64,000 bases of DNA from Azolla caroliniana. Taxonomy: Eukaryota; Plantae; Polypodiophyta. A program made the position numbers and the translations under genes. Below are positions 12,180 through 25,780 of this stretch, piece by piece; the stretch's first letter is position 1, and the number at the start of each line of letters is the position of its first letter. The notes under the pieces were generated by a model. That model saw nothing but the letters and a program-made list of their open reading frames with translations. It was not told the DNA's origin and ran no database searches. Location: assembly GCA_043228905.1 (NCBI GenBank), contig JBHGNT010000039.1, positions 62,001 to 126,000 of the forward strand, given 5' to 3'.

Positions 12180-15100
12180 CAAAATCTTGATTTTTTAATT
12201 CCATATCATAGCTAGCGTTGTTAGCTTCGATTCGCATGTTTGAACACAAAAATCCGATATCACACGAGCCAGGTATGAACAGTGTAATTTACTCAAGGGC
12301 TCCTCTCAACTCACTCCTCAAATTTTCTAATTTCGTCATGTCTCTCGACCTTAGTTTCAAAATCTTGATTTTTTAATTCTATATCATAGCTAGCGTTGTT
12401 AGCTTCGATTCGCATGTTTGAACACAAAAATCCGATATCACACGAGCTAGGTATGACCATTTTAATTTACTCAAGGGCTCCTCTCAACTCCCTCGTCAAG
12501 GTTGCTAATTTCGTCATATCTCTCGACCTTAGTTTCAAAATCTTGATTTTTTAAATCCATATCATAGCTAGCGTTGTTGGCTTCGATTCGCATGTTTGAA
12601 CACAAAAATCCGATATCACACGAGCCAGGTATGAACATTGTAATTTACCTACTAGCTCTTCTCAACTCCCTCCTCAAATTTGCTAATTTCGTCATGTCTC
12701 TCGACCTTAGTTTCAAAATCTTGATTTTTTAATTCCATATCATAGCTAGCGTTGTTAGCTTCGATTCGCATGTTTGAACACAAAAATCCGATATCACACG
12801 TGCTAGGTATAACCAATTTAATTTACTCAAGGGCTCCTCTCAACTCACTCCTCAAATTTGCTAATTTCGTCATGTCTCTCGACCTTAGTTTCAAAATCTT
12901 GATTTTTTAATTCCATATCATAGCTAGCGTTGTTAGCTTCGATTCGCATGTTTGAACACAAAAATCCGATATCACACGAGCCAGGTATGAACAGTGTAAT
13001 TTACTCAAGGGCTCCTCTCAACTCACTCCTCAAATTTTCTAATTTCGTCATGTCTCTCGACCTTAGTTTCAAAATCTTGATTTTTTAATTCTATATCATA
13101 GCTAGCGTTGTTAGCTTCGATTCGCATGTTTGAACACAAAAATCCGATATCACACGAGCTAGGTCTGAACATTTTTATTTACTCAAGGGTTCCTCTCAAC
13201 TCCCTCGTCAAGGTTGCTAATTTCGTCATACCTCTCGACCTGAGTTTCAAAATCTTGATTTTTTAAATCCATATCATAGCTAGCGTTGTTGGCTTCGATT
13301 CGCATGTTTGAACACAAAAATCCGATATCACACGAGCCAGGTATGAACATTGTAATTTACCTACTAGCTCTTCTCAACTCCCTCCTCAAATTTGCTAATT
13401 TCGTCATGTCTCTCGACCTTAGTTTCAAAATCTTGATTTTTTAATTCCATATCATAGCTAGCGTTGTTAGCTTCGATTCGCATGTTTGAACACAAAAATC
13501 CGATATCACACGAGCTAGGTATGAACATTTTTATTTACTCAAGGGCTCCTCTCAACTCCCTCGTCAAGGTTGCTAATTTCGTCATGTCTCTCGACCTTAG
13601 TTTCAAAATCTTGATTTTTTTAATTCCATATCATAGCTAGCGTTGTTAGCTTCGATTCGCATGTTTGAACACAAAAATCCGATATCACACGAGCTAGGTA
13701 TGAACATTTTTATTTACTCAAGGGCTCCTCTCAACTCCCTCGTGAAGGTTGCTAATTTCGTCATGTCTCTCGACCTTAGTTTCAAAATCTTGATTTTTTT
13801 AATTCAATATCATAGCTAGTGTTGTTAGCTTCGATTCGCATGTTTGAACACAAAAATCCGATATCACACGAGCTAGGTATGAACATTTTTATTTACTCAA
13901 GGGCTCCTCTCAACTCCCTCGTCAAGGTTGCTAATTTCGTCATGTCTCTCGACCTGGGTTTCAAAATCTTGATTTTTTAATTCCATATCATAGCTAGCGT
14001 TGTTAGCTTCCATTCGCATGTTTGAACACAAAAATCCGATATCACACGAGCTAGGTATAACCATTTTAATTTACTCAAGGGCTCCTCTCAACTCACTCCT
14101 CAAATTTGCTAATTTCGTCATGTCTCTCGACCTGAGTTTCAAAATCTTGATTTTTTAATTCCATATCATAGCTAGCGTTGTTAGCTTCGATTCGCATGTT
14201 TGAACACAAAAATCCGATATCACACGTGCTAGGTATAACCAATTTAATTTACTCAAGGGCTCCTCTCAACTCACTCCTCAAATTTGCTAATTTCGTCATG
14301 TCTCTCGACCTTAGTTTCAAAATCTTGATTTTTTAATTCCATATCATAGCTAGCGTTGTTAGCTTCGATTTGCATGTTTGAACACAAAAATCCGATATCA
14401 CACGAGCCAGGTATGAACATTGTAATTTACCTACTAGCTCTTCTCAACTCACTCCTCAAATTTGGTAATTTCGTCATGTCTCTCGACCTTAGTTTCAAAA
14501 TCTTGATTTTTTAATTCCATATCATAGCTAGCGTTGTTAGCTTCGATTCGCATGTTTGAACACAAAAATCCGATATCACACGAGCTAGGTATGAACATTT
14601 TTATTTACTCAAGGGCTCCTCTCAACTCCCTCGTCAAGGTTGCTAATTTCGTCATGTCTCTCGACCTTAGTTTCAAAATCTTGATTTTTTTAATTCCATA
14701 TCATAGCTAGCGTTGTTGGCTTCGATTCGCATGTTTGAACACAAAAATCCGATATCACACGAGCTAGGTATCAACATTGTAATTTACCTACTAGCTCTTC
14801 TCAACTCCCTCCTCAAATTTGGTAATTTCGTCATGTCTCTCGACCTTAGTTTCAAAATCTTGATTTTTTAATTCCATATCATAGCTAGCGTTGTTAGCTT
14901 CGATTCGCATGTTTGAACACAAAAATCCGATATCACACGAGCTAGGTATGAACATTTTTATTTACTCAAGGGCTCCTCTCAACTCCCTCGTCAAGGTTGC
15001 TAATTTCGTCATGTCTCTCGACCTTAGTTTCAAAATCTTGATTTTTTTAATTCAATATCATAGCTAGTGTTGTTAGCTTCGATTCGCATGTTTGAACACA

Positions 15101-18100
15101 AAAATACGATATCACACGAGCTAGGTATGAACATTTTTATTTACTCAAGGGCTCCTCTCAACTCCCTCGTCAAGGTTGCTAATTTCGTCATGTCTCTCGA
15201 CCTGGGTTTCAAAATCTTGATTTTTTAATTCCATATCATAGCTAGCGTTGTTAGCTTCGATTCGCATGTTTGAACACAAAAATCCGATATCACACGAGCT
15301 AGGTATAACCATTTTAATTTACTCAAGGGCTCCTCTCAACTCACTCCTCAAATTTGCTAATTTCGTCATGTCTCTCGACCTGAGTTTCAAAATCTTGATT
15401 TTTTAATTCCATATCATAGCTAGCGTTGTTAGCTTCGATTCGCATGTTTGAACACAAAAATCCGATATCACACGTGCTAGGTATAACCAATTTAATTTAC
15501 TCAAGGGCTCCTCTCAACTCACTCCTCAAATTTGCTAATTTCGTCATGTCTCTCGACCTTAGTTTCAAAATCTTGATTTTTTAATTCCATATCATAGCTA
15601 GCGTTGTTAGCTTCGATTTGCATGTTTGAACACAAAAATCCGATATCACACGAGCCAGGTATGAACATTGTAATTTACCTACTAGCTCTTCTCAACTCAC
15701 TCCTCAAATTTGGTAATTTCGTCATGTCTCTCGACCTTAGTTTCAAAATCTTGATTTTTTAATTCCATATCATAGCTAGCGTTGTTAGCTTCGATTCGCA
15801 TGTTTGAACACAAAAATCCGATATCACACGAGCTAGGTATGAACATTTTTATTTACTCAAGGGCTCCTCTCAACTCCCTCGTCAAGGTTGCTAATTTCGT
15901 CATGTCTCTCGACCTTAGTTTCAAAATCTTGATTTTTTTAATTCAATATCATAGCTAGTGTTGTTAGCTTCGATTCGCATGTTTGAACACAAAAATCCGA
16001 TATCACACGAGCTAGGTATGAACATTTTTATTTACTCAAGGGCTCCTCTCAACTCCCTCCTCAAATTTGGTAATTTCGTCATGTCTCTCGACCTTAGTTT
16101 CAAAATCTTGATTTTTTAATTCCATATCATAGCTAGCGTTGTTAGCTTCGATTCGCATGTTTGAACACAAAAATCCGATATCACACGAGCTAGGTATGAA
16201 CATTTTTATTTACTCAAGGGCTCCTCTCAACTCCCTCGTCAAGGTTGCTAATTTCGTCATGTCTCTCGACCTTAGTTTCAAAATCTTGATTTTTTTAATT
16301 CAATATCATAGCTAGTGTTGTTAGCTTCGATTCGCATGTTTGAACACAAAAATACGATATCACACGAGCTAGGTATGAACATTTTTATTTACTCAAGGGT
16401 TCCTCTCAACTCCCTCGTCAAGGTTGCTAATTTCGTCATACCTCTCGACCTGAGTTTCAAAATCTTGAATTTTTAAATCCATATCATAGCTAGCGTTGTT
16501 GGCTTCGATTCGCATGTTTGAACACAAAAATCCGATATCACACGAGCCAGGTATGAACATTGTAATTTACCTACTAGCTCTTCTCAACTCCCTCCTCAAA
16601 TTTGGTAATTTCGTCATGTCTCTCGACCTTAGTTTCAAAATCTTGATTTTTTAATTCCATATCATAGCTAGCGTTGTTAGCTTCGATTCGCATGTTTGAA
16701 CACAAAAATCCGATATCACACGAGCTAGGTATGAACATTTTTATTTACTCAAGGGCTCCTCTCAACTCCCTCGTCAAGGTTGCTAATTTCGTCATGTCTC
16801 TCGACCTTAGTTTCAAAATCTTGATTTTTTTAATTCCATATCATAGCTAGCGTTGTTAGCTTCGATTCGCATGTTTGAACACAAAAATCCGATATCACAC
16901 GAGCTAGGTATGAACATTTTTATTTACTCAAGGGCTCCTCTCAACTCCCTCGTGAAGGTTGCTAATTTCGTCATGTCTCTCGACCTTAGTTTCAAAATCT
17001 TGATTTTTTTAATTCAATATCATAGCTAGTGTTGTTAGCTTCGATTCGCATGTTTGAACACAAAAATCCGATATCACACGAGCTAGGTATGAACATTTTT
17101 ATTTACTCAAGGGCTCCTCTCAACTCCCTCGTCAAGGTTGCTAATTTCGTCATGTCTCTCGACCTGGGTTTCAAAATCTTGATTTTTTAATTCCATATCA
17201 TAGCTAGCGTTGTTAGCTTCGATTCGCATGTTTGAACACAAAAATCCGATATCACACGAGCTAGGTATAACCATTTTAATTTACTCAAGGGCTCCTCTCA
17301 ACTCACTCCTCAAATTTGCTAATTTCGTCATGTCTCTCGACCTGAGTTTCAAAATCTTGATTTTTTTAATTCCATATCATAGCTAGCGTTGTTAGCTTCG
17401 ATTCGCATGTTTGAACACAAAAATCCGATATCACACGAGCTAGGTATGAACATTTTTATTTACTCAAGGGCTCCTCTCAACTCCCTCGTCAAGGTTGCTA
17501 ATTTCGTCATGTCTCTCGACCTGGGTTTCAAAATCTTGATTTTTTAATTCCATATCATAGCTAGCGTTGTTAGCTTCCATTCGCATGTTTGAACACAAAA
17601 ATCCGATATCACACGAGCTAGGTATAACCATTTTAATTTACTCAAGGGCTCCTCTCAACTCACTCCTCAAATTTGCTAATTTCGTCATGTCTCTGGACCT
17701 GAGTTTCAAAATCTTGATTTTTTAATTCCATATCATAGCTAGCGTTGTTAGCTTCGATTCGCATGTTTGAACACAAAAATCCGATATCACACGTGCTAGG
17801 TATAACCAATTTAATTTACTCAAGGGCTCCTCTCAACTCACTCCTCAAATTTGCTAATTTCGTCATGTCTCTGGACCTTAGTTTCAAAATCTTGATTTTT
17901 TAATTCCATATCATAGCTAGCGTTGTTAGCTTCGATTCGCATGTTTGAACACAAAAATCCGATATCACACGAGCCAGGTATGAACAGTGTAATTTACTCA
18001 AGGGCTCCTCTCAACTCACTCCTCAAATTTTCTAATTTCGTCATGTCTCTCGACCTTAGTTTCAAAATCTTGATTTTTTAATTCTATATCATAGCTAGCG

Positions 18101-21100
18101 TTGTTAGCTTCGATTCGCATGTTTGAACACAAAAATCCGATATCACACGAGCTAGGTATGACCATTTTAATTTACTCAAGGGCTCCTCTCAACTCCCTCG
18201 TCAAGGTTGCTAATTTCGTCATATCTCTCGACCTTAGTTTCAAAATCTTGATTTTTTAAATCCATATCATAGCTAGCGTTGTTGGCTTCGATTCGCATGT
18301 TTGAACACAAAAATCCGATATCACACGAGCCAGGTATGAACATTGTAATTTACCTACTAGCTCTTCTCAACTCCCTCCTCAAATTTGCTAATTTCGTCAT
18401 GTCTCTCGACCTTAGTTTCAAAATCTTGATTTTTTAATTCCATATCATAGCTAGCGTTGTTAGCTTCGATTCGCATGTTTGAACACAAAAATCCGATATC
18501 ACACGTGCTAGGTATAACCAATTTAATTTACTCAAGGGCTCCTCTCAACTCACTCCTCAAATTTGCTAATTTCGTCATGTCTCTCGACCTTAGTTTCAAA
18601 ATCTTGATTTTTTAATTCCATATCATAGCTAGCGTTGTTAGCTTCGATTCGCATGTTTGAACACAAAAATCCGATATCACACGAGCCAGGTATGAACAGT
18701 GTAATTTACTCAAGGGCTCCTCTCAACTCACTCCTCAAATTTTCTAATTTCGTCATGTCTCTCGACCTTAGTTTCAAAATCTTGATTTTTTAATTCTATA
18801 TCATAGCTAGCGTTGTTAGCTTCGATTCGCATGTTTGAACACAAAAATCCGATATCACACGAGCTAGGTCTGAACATTTTTATTTACTCAAGGGTTCCTC
18901 TCAACTCCCTCGTCAAGGTTGCTAATTTCGTCATACCTCTCGACCTGAGTTTCAAAATCTTGATTTTTTAAATCCATATCATAGCTAGCGTTGTTGGCTT
19001 CGATTCGCATGTTTGAACACAAAAATCCGATATCACACGAGCCAGGTATGAACATTGTAATTTACCTACTAGCTCTTCTCAACTCCCTCCTCAAATTTGC
19101 TAATTTCGTCATGTCTCTCGACCTTAGTTTCAAAATCTTGATTTTTTAATTCCATATCATAGCTAGCGTTGTTAGCTTCGATTCGCATGTTTGAACACAA
19201 AAATCCGATATCACACGAGCTAGGTATGAACATTTTTATTTACTCAAGGGCTCCTCTCAACTCCCTCGTCAAGGTTGCTAATTTCGTCATGTCTCTCGAC
19301 CTTAGTTTCAAAATCTTGATTTTTTTAATTCCATATCATAGCTAGCGTTGTTAGCTTCGATTCGCATGTTTGAACACAAAAATCCGATATCACACGAGCT
19401 AGGTATGAACATTTTTATTTACTCAAGGGCTCCTCTCAACTCCCTCGTGAAGGTTGCTAATTTCGTCATGTCTCTCGACCTTAGTTTCAAAATCTTGATT
19501 TTTTTAATTCAATATCATAGCTAGTGTTGTTAGCTTCGATTCGCATGTTTGAACACAAAAATCCGATATCACACGAGCTAGGTATGAACATTTTTATTTA
19601 CTCAAGGGCTCCTCTCAACTCCCTCGTCAAGGTTGCTAATTTCGTCATGTCTCTCGACCTGGGTTTCAAAATCTTGATTTTTTAATTCCATATCATAGCT
19701 AGCGTTGTTAGCTTCCATTCGCATGTTTGAACACAAAAATCCGATATCACACGAGCTAGGTATAACCATTTTAATTTACTCAAGGGCTCCTCTCAACTCA
19801 CTCCTCAAATTTGCTAATTTCGTCATGTCTCTCGACCTGAGTTTCAAAATCTTGATTTTTTAATTCCATATCATAGCTAGCGTTGTTAGCTTCGATTCGC
19901 ATGTTTGAACACAAAAATCCGATATCACACGTGCTAGGTATAACCAATTTAATTTACTCAAGGGCTCCTCTCAACTCACTCCTCAAATTTGCTAATTTCG
20001 TCATGTCTCTCGACCTTAGTTTCAAAATCTTGATTTTTTAATTCCATATCATAGCTAGCGTTGTTAGCTTCGATTTGCATGTTTGAACACAAAAATCCGA
20101 TATCACACGAGCCAGGTATGAACATTGTAATTTACCTACTAGCTCTTCTCAACTCACTCCTCAAATTTGGTAATTTCGTCATGTCTCTCGACCTTAGTTT
20201 CAAAATCTTGATTTTTTAATTCCATATCATAGCTAGCGTTGTTAGCTTCGATTCGCATGTTTGAACACAAAAATCCGATATCACACGAGCTAGGTATGAA
20301 CATTTTTATTTACTCAAGGGCTCCTCTCAACTCCCTCGTCAAGGTTGCTAATTTCGTCATGTCTCTCGACCTTAGTTTCAAAATCTTGATTTTTTTAATT
20401 CCATATCATAGCTAGCGTTGTTGGCTTCGATTCGCATGTTTGAACACAAAAATCCGATATCACACGAGCTAGGTATCAACATTGTAATTTACCTACTAGC
20501 TCTTCTCAACTCCCTCCTCAAATTTGGTAATTTCGTCATGTCTCTCGACCTTAGTTTCAAAATCTTGATTTTTTAATTCCATATCATAGCTAGCGTTGTT
20601 AGCTTCGATTCGCATGTTTGAACACAAAAATCCGATATCACACGAGCTAGGTATGAACATTTTTATTTACTCAAGGGCTCCTCTCAACTCCCTCGTCAAG
20701 GTTGCTAATTTCGTCATGTCTCTCGACCTTAGTTTCAAAATCTTGATTTTTTTAATTCAATATCATAGCTAGTGTTGTTAGCTTCGATTCGCATGTTTGA
20801 ACACAAAAATACGATATCACACGAGCTAGGTATGAACATTTTTATTTACTCAAGGGCTCCTCTCAACTCCCTCGTCAAGGTTGCTAATTTCGTCATGTCT
20901 CTCGACCTGGGTTTCAAAATCTTGATTTTTTAATTCCATATCATAGCTAGCGTTGTTAGCTTCGATTCGCATGTTTGAACACAAAAATCCGATATCACAC
21001 GAGCTAGGTATAACCATTTTAATTTACTCAAGGGCTCCTCTCAACTCACTCCTCAAATTTGCTAATTTCGTCATGTCTCTCGACCTGAGTTTCAAAATCT

Positions 21101-22100
21101 TGATTTTTTAATTCCATATCATAGCTAGCGTTGTTAGCTTCGATTCGCATGTTTGAACACAAAAATCCGATATCACACGTGCTAGGTATAACCAATTTAA
21201 TTTACTCAAGGGCTCCTCTCAACTCACTCCTCAAATTTGCTAATTTCGTCATGTCTCTCGACCTTAGTTTCAAAATCTTGATTTTTTAATTCCATATCAT
21301 AGCTAGCGTTGTTAGCTTCGATTTGCATGTTTGAACACAAAAATCCGATATCACACGAGCCAGGTATGAACATTGTAATTTACCTACTAGCTCTTCTCAA
21401 CTCACTCCTCAAATTTGGTAATTTCGTCATGTCTCTCGACCTTAGTTTCAAAATCTTGATTTTTTAATTCCATATCATAGCTAGCGTTGTTAGCTTCGAT
21501 TCGCATGTTTGAACACAAAAATCCGATATCACACGAGCTAGGTATGAACATTTTTATTTACTCAAGGGCTCCTCTCAACTCCCTCGTCAAGGTTGCTAAT
21601 TTCGTCATGTCTCTCGACCTTAGTTTCAAAATCTTGATTTTTTTAATTCAATATCATAGCTAGTGTTGTTAGCTTCGATTCGCATGTTTGAACACAAAAA
21701 TCCGATATCACACGAGCTAGGTATGAACATTTTTATTTACTCAAGGGCTCCTCTCAACTCCCTCCTCAAATTTGGTAATTTCGTCATGTCTCTCGACCTT
21801 AGTTTCAAAATCTTGATTTTTTAATTCCATATCATAGCTAGCGTTGTTAGCTTCGATTCGCATGTTTGAACACAAAAATCCGATATCACACGAGCTAGGT
21901 ATGAACATTTTTATTTACTCAAGGGCTCCTCTCAACTCCCTCGTCAAGGTTGCTAATTTCGTCATGTCTCTCGACCTTAGTTTCAAAATCTTGATTTTTT
22001 TAATTCAATATCATAGCTAGTGTTGTTAGCTTCGATTCGCATGTTTGAACACAAAAATACGATATCACACGAGCTAGGTATGAACATTTTTATTTACTCA
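12180..22100 (+). repeat. Large recent duplication with a 5705-bp (32-monomer) period; ~12180-16400 matches ~17885-22100
   Basis: CGTGAAGG at 13744/19449, AAATACGAT at 15106/20811 and 16354/22059, and GAGCTAGGTATCAACATTGT at 14761/20466 are all exactly 5705 apart. Confidence 0.9.
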
Positions 22101-22799
22101 AGGGCTCCTCTCAACTCCCTCGTCAAGGTTGCTAATTTCGTCATGTCTCTCGACCTGGGTTTCAAAATCTTGATTTTTTAATTCCATATCATAGCTAGCG
22201 TTGTTAGCTTCCATTCGCATGTTTGAACACAAAAATCCGATATCACACGAGCTAGGTATAACCATTTTAATTTACTCAAGGGCTCCTCTCAACTCACTCC
22301 TCAAATTTGCTAATTTCGTCATGTCTCTCGACCTGAGTTTCAAAATCTTGATTTTTTAATTCCATATCATAGCTAGCGTTGTTAGCTTCGATTCGCATGT
22401 TTGAACACAAAAATCCGATATCACACGTGCTAGGTATAACCAATTTAATTTACTCAAGGGCTCCTCTCAACTCACTCCTCAAATTTGCTAATTTCGTCAT
22501 GTCTCTCGACCTTAGTTTCAAAATCTTGATTTTTTAATTCCATATCATAGCTAGCGTTGTTAGCTTCGATTCGCATGTTTGAACACAAAAATCCGATATC
22601 ACACGAGCCAGGTATGAACAGTGTAATTTACTCAAGGGCTCCTCTCAACTCACTCCTCAAATTTTCTAATTTCGTCATGTCTCTCGACCTGAGTTTCAAA
22701 ATCTTGATTTTTTAATTCTATATCATAGCTAGCGTTGTTAGCTTCGATTCGCATGTTTGAACACAAAAATCCGATATCACACGAGCTAGGTCTGAACAT

Positions 22800-25780
22800 T
22801 TTTATTTACTCAAGGGTTCCTCTCAACTCCCTCGTCAAGGTTGCTAATTTCGTCATACCTCTCGACCTGAGTTTCAAAATCTTGAATTTTTAAATCCATA
22901 TCATAGCTAGCGTTGTTGGCTTCGATTCGCATGTTTGAACACAAAAATCCGATATCACACGAGCCAGGTATGAACATTGTAATTTACCTACTAGCTCTTC
23001 TCAACTCCCTCCTCAAATTTGGTAATTTCGTCATGTCTCTCGACCTTAGTTTCAAAATCTTGATTTTTTAATTCCATATCATAGCTAGCGTTGTTAGCTT
23101 CGATTCGCATGTTTGAACACAAAAATCCGATATCACACGAGCTAGGTATGAACATTTTTATTTACTCAAGGGCTCCTCTCAACTCCCTCGTCAAGGTTGC
23201 TAATTTCGTCATGTCTCTCGACCTTAGTTTCAAAATCTTGATTTTTTTAATTCCATATCATAGCTAGCGTTGTTAGCTTCGATTCGCATGTTTGAACACA
23301 AAAATCCGATATCACACGAGCTAGGTATGAACATTTTTATTTACTCAAGGGCTCCTCTCAACTCCCTCGTGAAGGTTGCTAATTTCGTCATGTCTCTCGA
23401 CCTTAGTTTCAAAATCTTGATTTTTTTAATTCAATATCATAGCTAGTGTTGTTAGCTTCGATTCGCATGTTTGAACACAAAAATCCGATATCACACGAGC
23501 TAGGTATGAACATTTTTATTTACTCAAGGGCTCCTCTCAACTCCCTCGTCAAGGTTGCTAATTTCGTCATGTCTCTCGACCTGGGTTTCAAAATCTTGAT
23601 TTTTTAATTCCATATCATAGCTAGCGTTGTTAGCTTCCATTCGCATGTTTGAACACAAAAATCCGATATCACACGAGCTAGGTATAACCATTTTAATTTA
23701 CTCAAGGGCTCCTCTCAACTCACTCCTCAAATTTGCTAATTTCGTCATGTCTCTCGACCTGAGTTTCAAAATCTTGATTTTTTAATTCCATATCATAGCT
23801 AGCGTTGTTAGCTTCGATTCGCATGTTTGAACACAAAAATCCGATATCACACGTGCTAGGTATAACCAATTTAATTTACTCAAGGGCTCCTCTCAACTCA
23901 CTCCTCAAATTTGCTAATTTCGTCATGTCTCTCGACCTTAGTTTCAAAATCTTGATTTTTTAATTCCATATCATAGCTAGCGTTGTTAGCTTCGATTTGC
24001 ATGTTTGAACACAAAAATCCGATATCACACGAGCCAGGTATGAACATTGTAATTTACCTACTAGCTCTTCTCAACTCACTCCTCAAATTTGGTAATTTCG
24101 TCATGTCTCTCGACCTTAGTTTCAAACTCTTGATTTTTTAATTCCATATCATAGCTAGCGTTGTTAGCTTCGATTCGCATGTTTGAACACAAAAATCCGA
24201 TATCACACGAGCTAGGTATGAACATTTTTATTTACTCAAGGGCTCCTCTCAACTCCCTCGTCAAGGTTGCTAATTTCGTCATGTCTCTCGACCTTAGTTT
24301 CAAAATCTTGATTTTTTTAATTCCATATCATAGCTAGCGTTGTTAGCTTCGATTCGCATGTTTGAACACAAAAATCCGATATCACACGAGCTAGGTATGA
24401 ACATTTTTATTTACTCAAGGGCTCCTCTCAACTCCCTCGTGAAGGTTGCTAATTTCGTCATGTCTCTCGACCTTAGTTTCAAAATCTTGATTTTTTTAAT
24501 TCAATATCATAGCTAGTGTTGTTAGCTTCGATTCGCATGTTTGAACACAAAAATCCGATATCACACGAGCTAGGTATGAACATTTTTATTTACTCAAGGG
24601 CTCCTCTCAACTCCCTCGTCAAGGTTGCTAATTTCGTCATGTCTCTCGACCTGGGTTTCAAAATCTTGATTTTTTAATTCCATATCATAGCTAGCGTTGT
24701 TAGCTTCGATTCGCATGTTTGAACACAAAAATCCGATATCACACGAGCTAGGTATAACCATTTTAATTTACTCAAGGGCTCCTCTCAACTCACTCCTCAA
24801 ATTTGCTAATTTCGTCATGTCTCTCGACCTGAGTTTCAAAATCTTGATTTTTTTAATTCCATATCATAGCTAGCGTTGTTAGCTTCGATTCGCATGTTTG
24901 AACACAAAAATCCGATATCACACGAGCTAGGTATGAACATTTTTATTTACTCAAGGGCTCCTCTCAACTCCCTCGTCAAGGTTGCTAATTTCGTCATGTC
25001 TCTCGACCTGGGTTTCAAAATCTTGATTTTTTAATTCCATATCATAGCTAGCGTTGTTAGCTTCCATTCGCATGTTTGAACACAAAAATCCGATATCACA
25101 CGAGCTAGGTATAACCATTTTAATTTACTCAAGGGCTCCTCTCAACTCACTCCTCAAATTTGCTAATTTCGTCATGTCTCTGGACCTGAGTTTCAAAATC
25201 TTGATTTTTTAATTCCATATCATAGCTAGCGTTGTTAGCTTCGATTCGCATGTTTGAACACAAAAATCCGATATCACACGTGCTAGGTATAACCAATTTA
25301 ATTTACTCAAGGGCTCCTCTCAACTCACTCCTCAAATTTGCTAATTTCGTCATGTCTCTGGACCTTAGTTTCAAAATCTTGATTTTTTAATTCCATATCA
25401 TAGCTAGCGTTGTTAGCTTCGATTCGCATGTTTGAACACAAAAATCCGATATCACACGAGCCAGGTATGAACAGTGTAATTTACTCAAGGGCTCCTCTCA
25501 ACTCACTCCTCAAATTTTCTAATTTCGTCATGTCTCTCGACCTTAGTTTCAAAATCTTGATTTTTTAATTCTATATCATAGCTAGCGTTGTTAGCTTCGA
25601 TTCGCATGTTTGAACACAAAAATCCGATATCACACGAGCTAGGTATGCCCATTTTAATTTACTCAAGGGCTCCTCTCAACTCCCTCGTCAAGGTTGCTAA
25701 TTTCGTCATATCTCTCGACCTTAGTTTCAAAATCTTGATTTTTTAAATCCATATCATAGCTAGCGTTGTTGGCTTCGATT
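22800..25780 (+). repeat. Further copies of the 16.4-18.3 kb segment at offsets 6417 (36-mer) and 7487 (42-mer)
   Basis: TTGAATTTT at 16469/22886 and CGTGAAGG at 16954/23371 give 6417. CGTGAAGG at 16954/24441 and CTCTGGACC at 17695/25182 and 17873/25360 give 7487. Confidence 0.85.
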
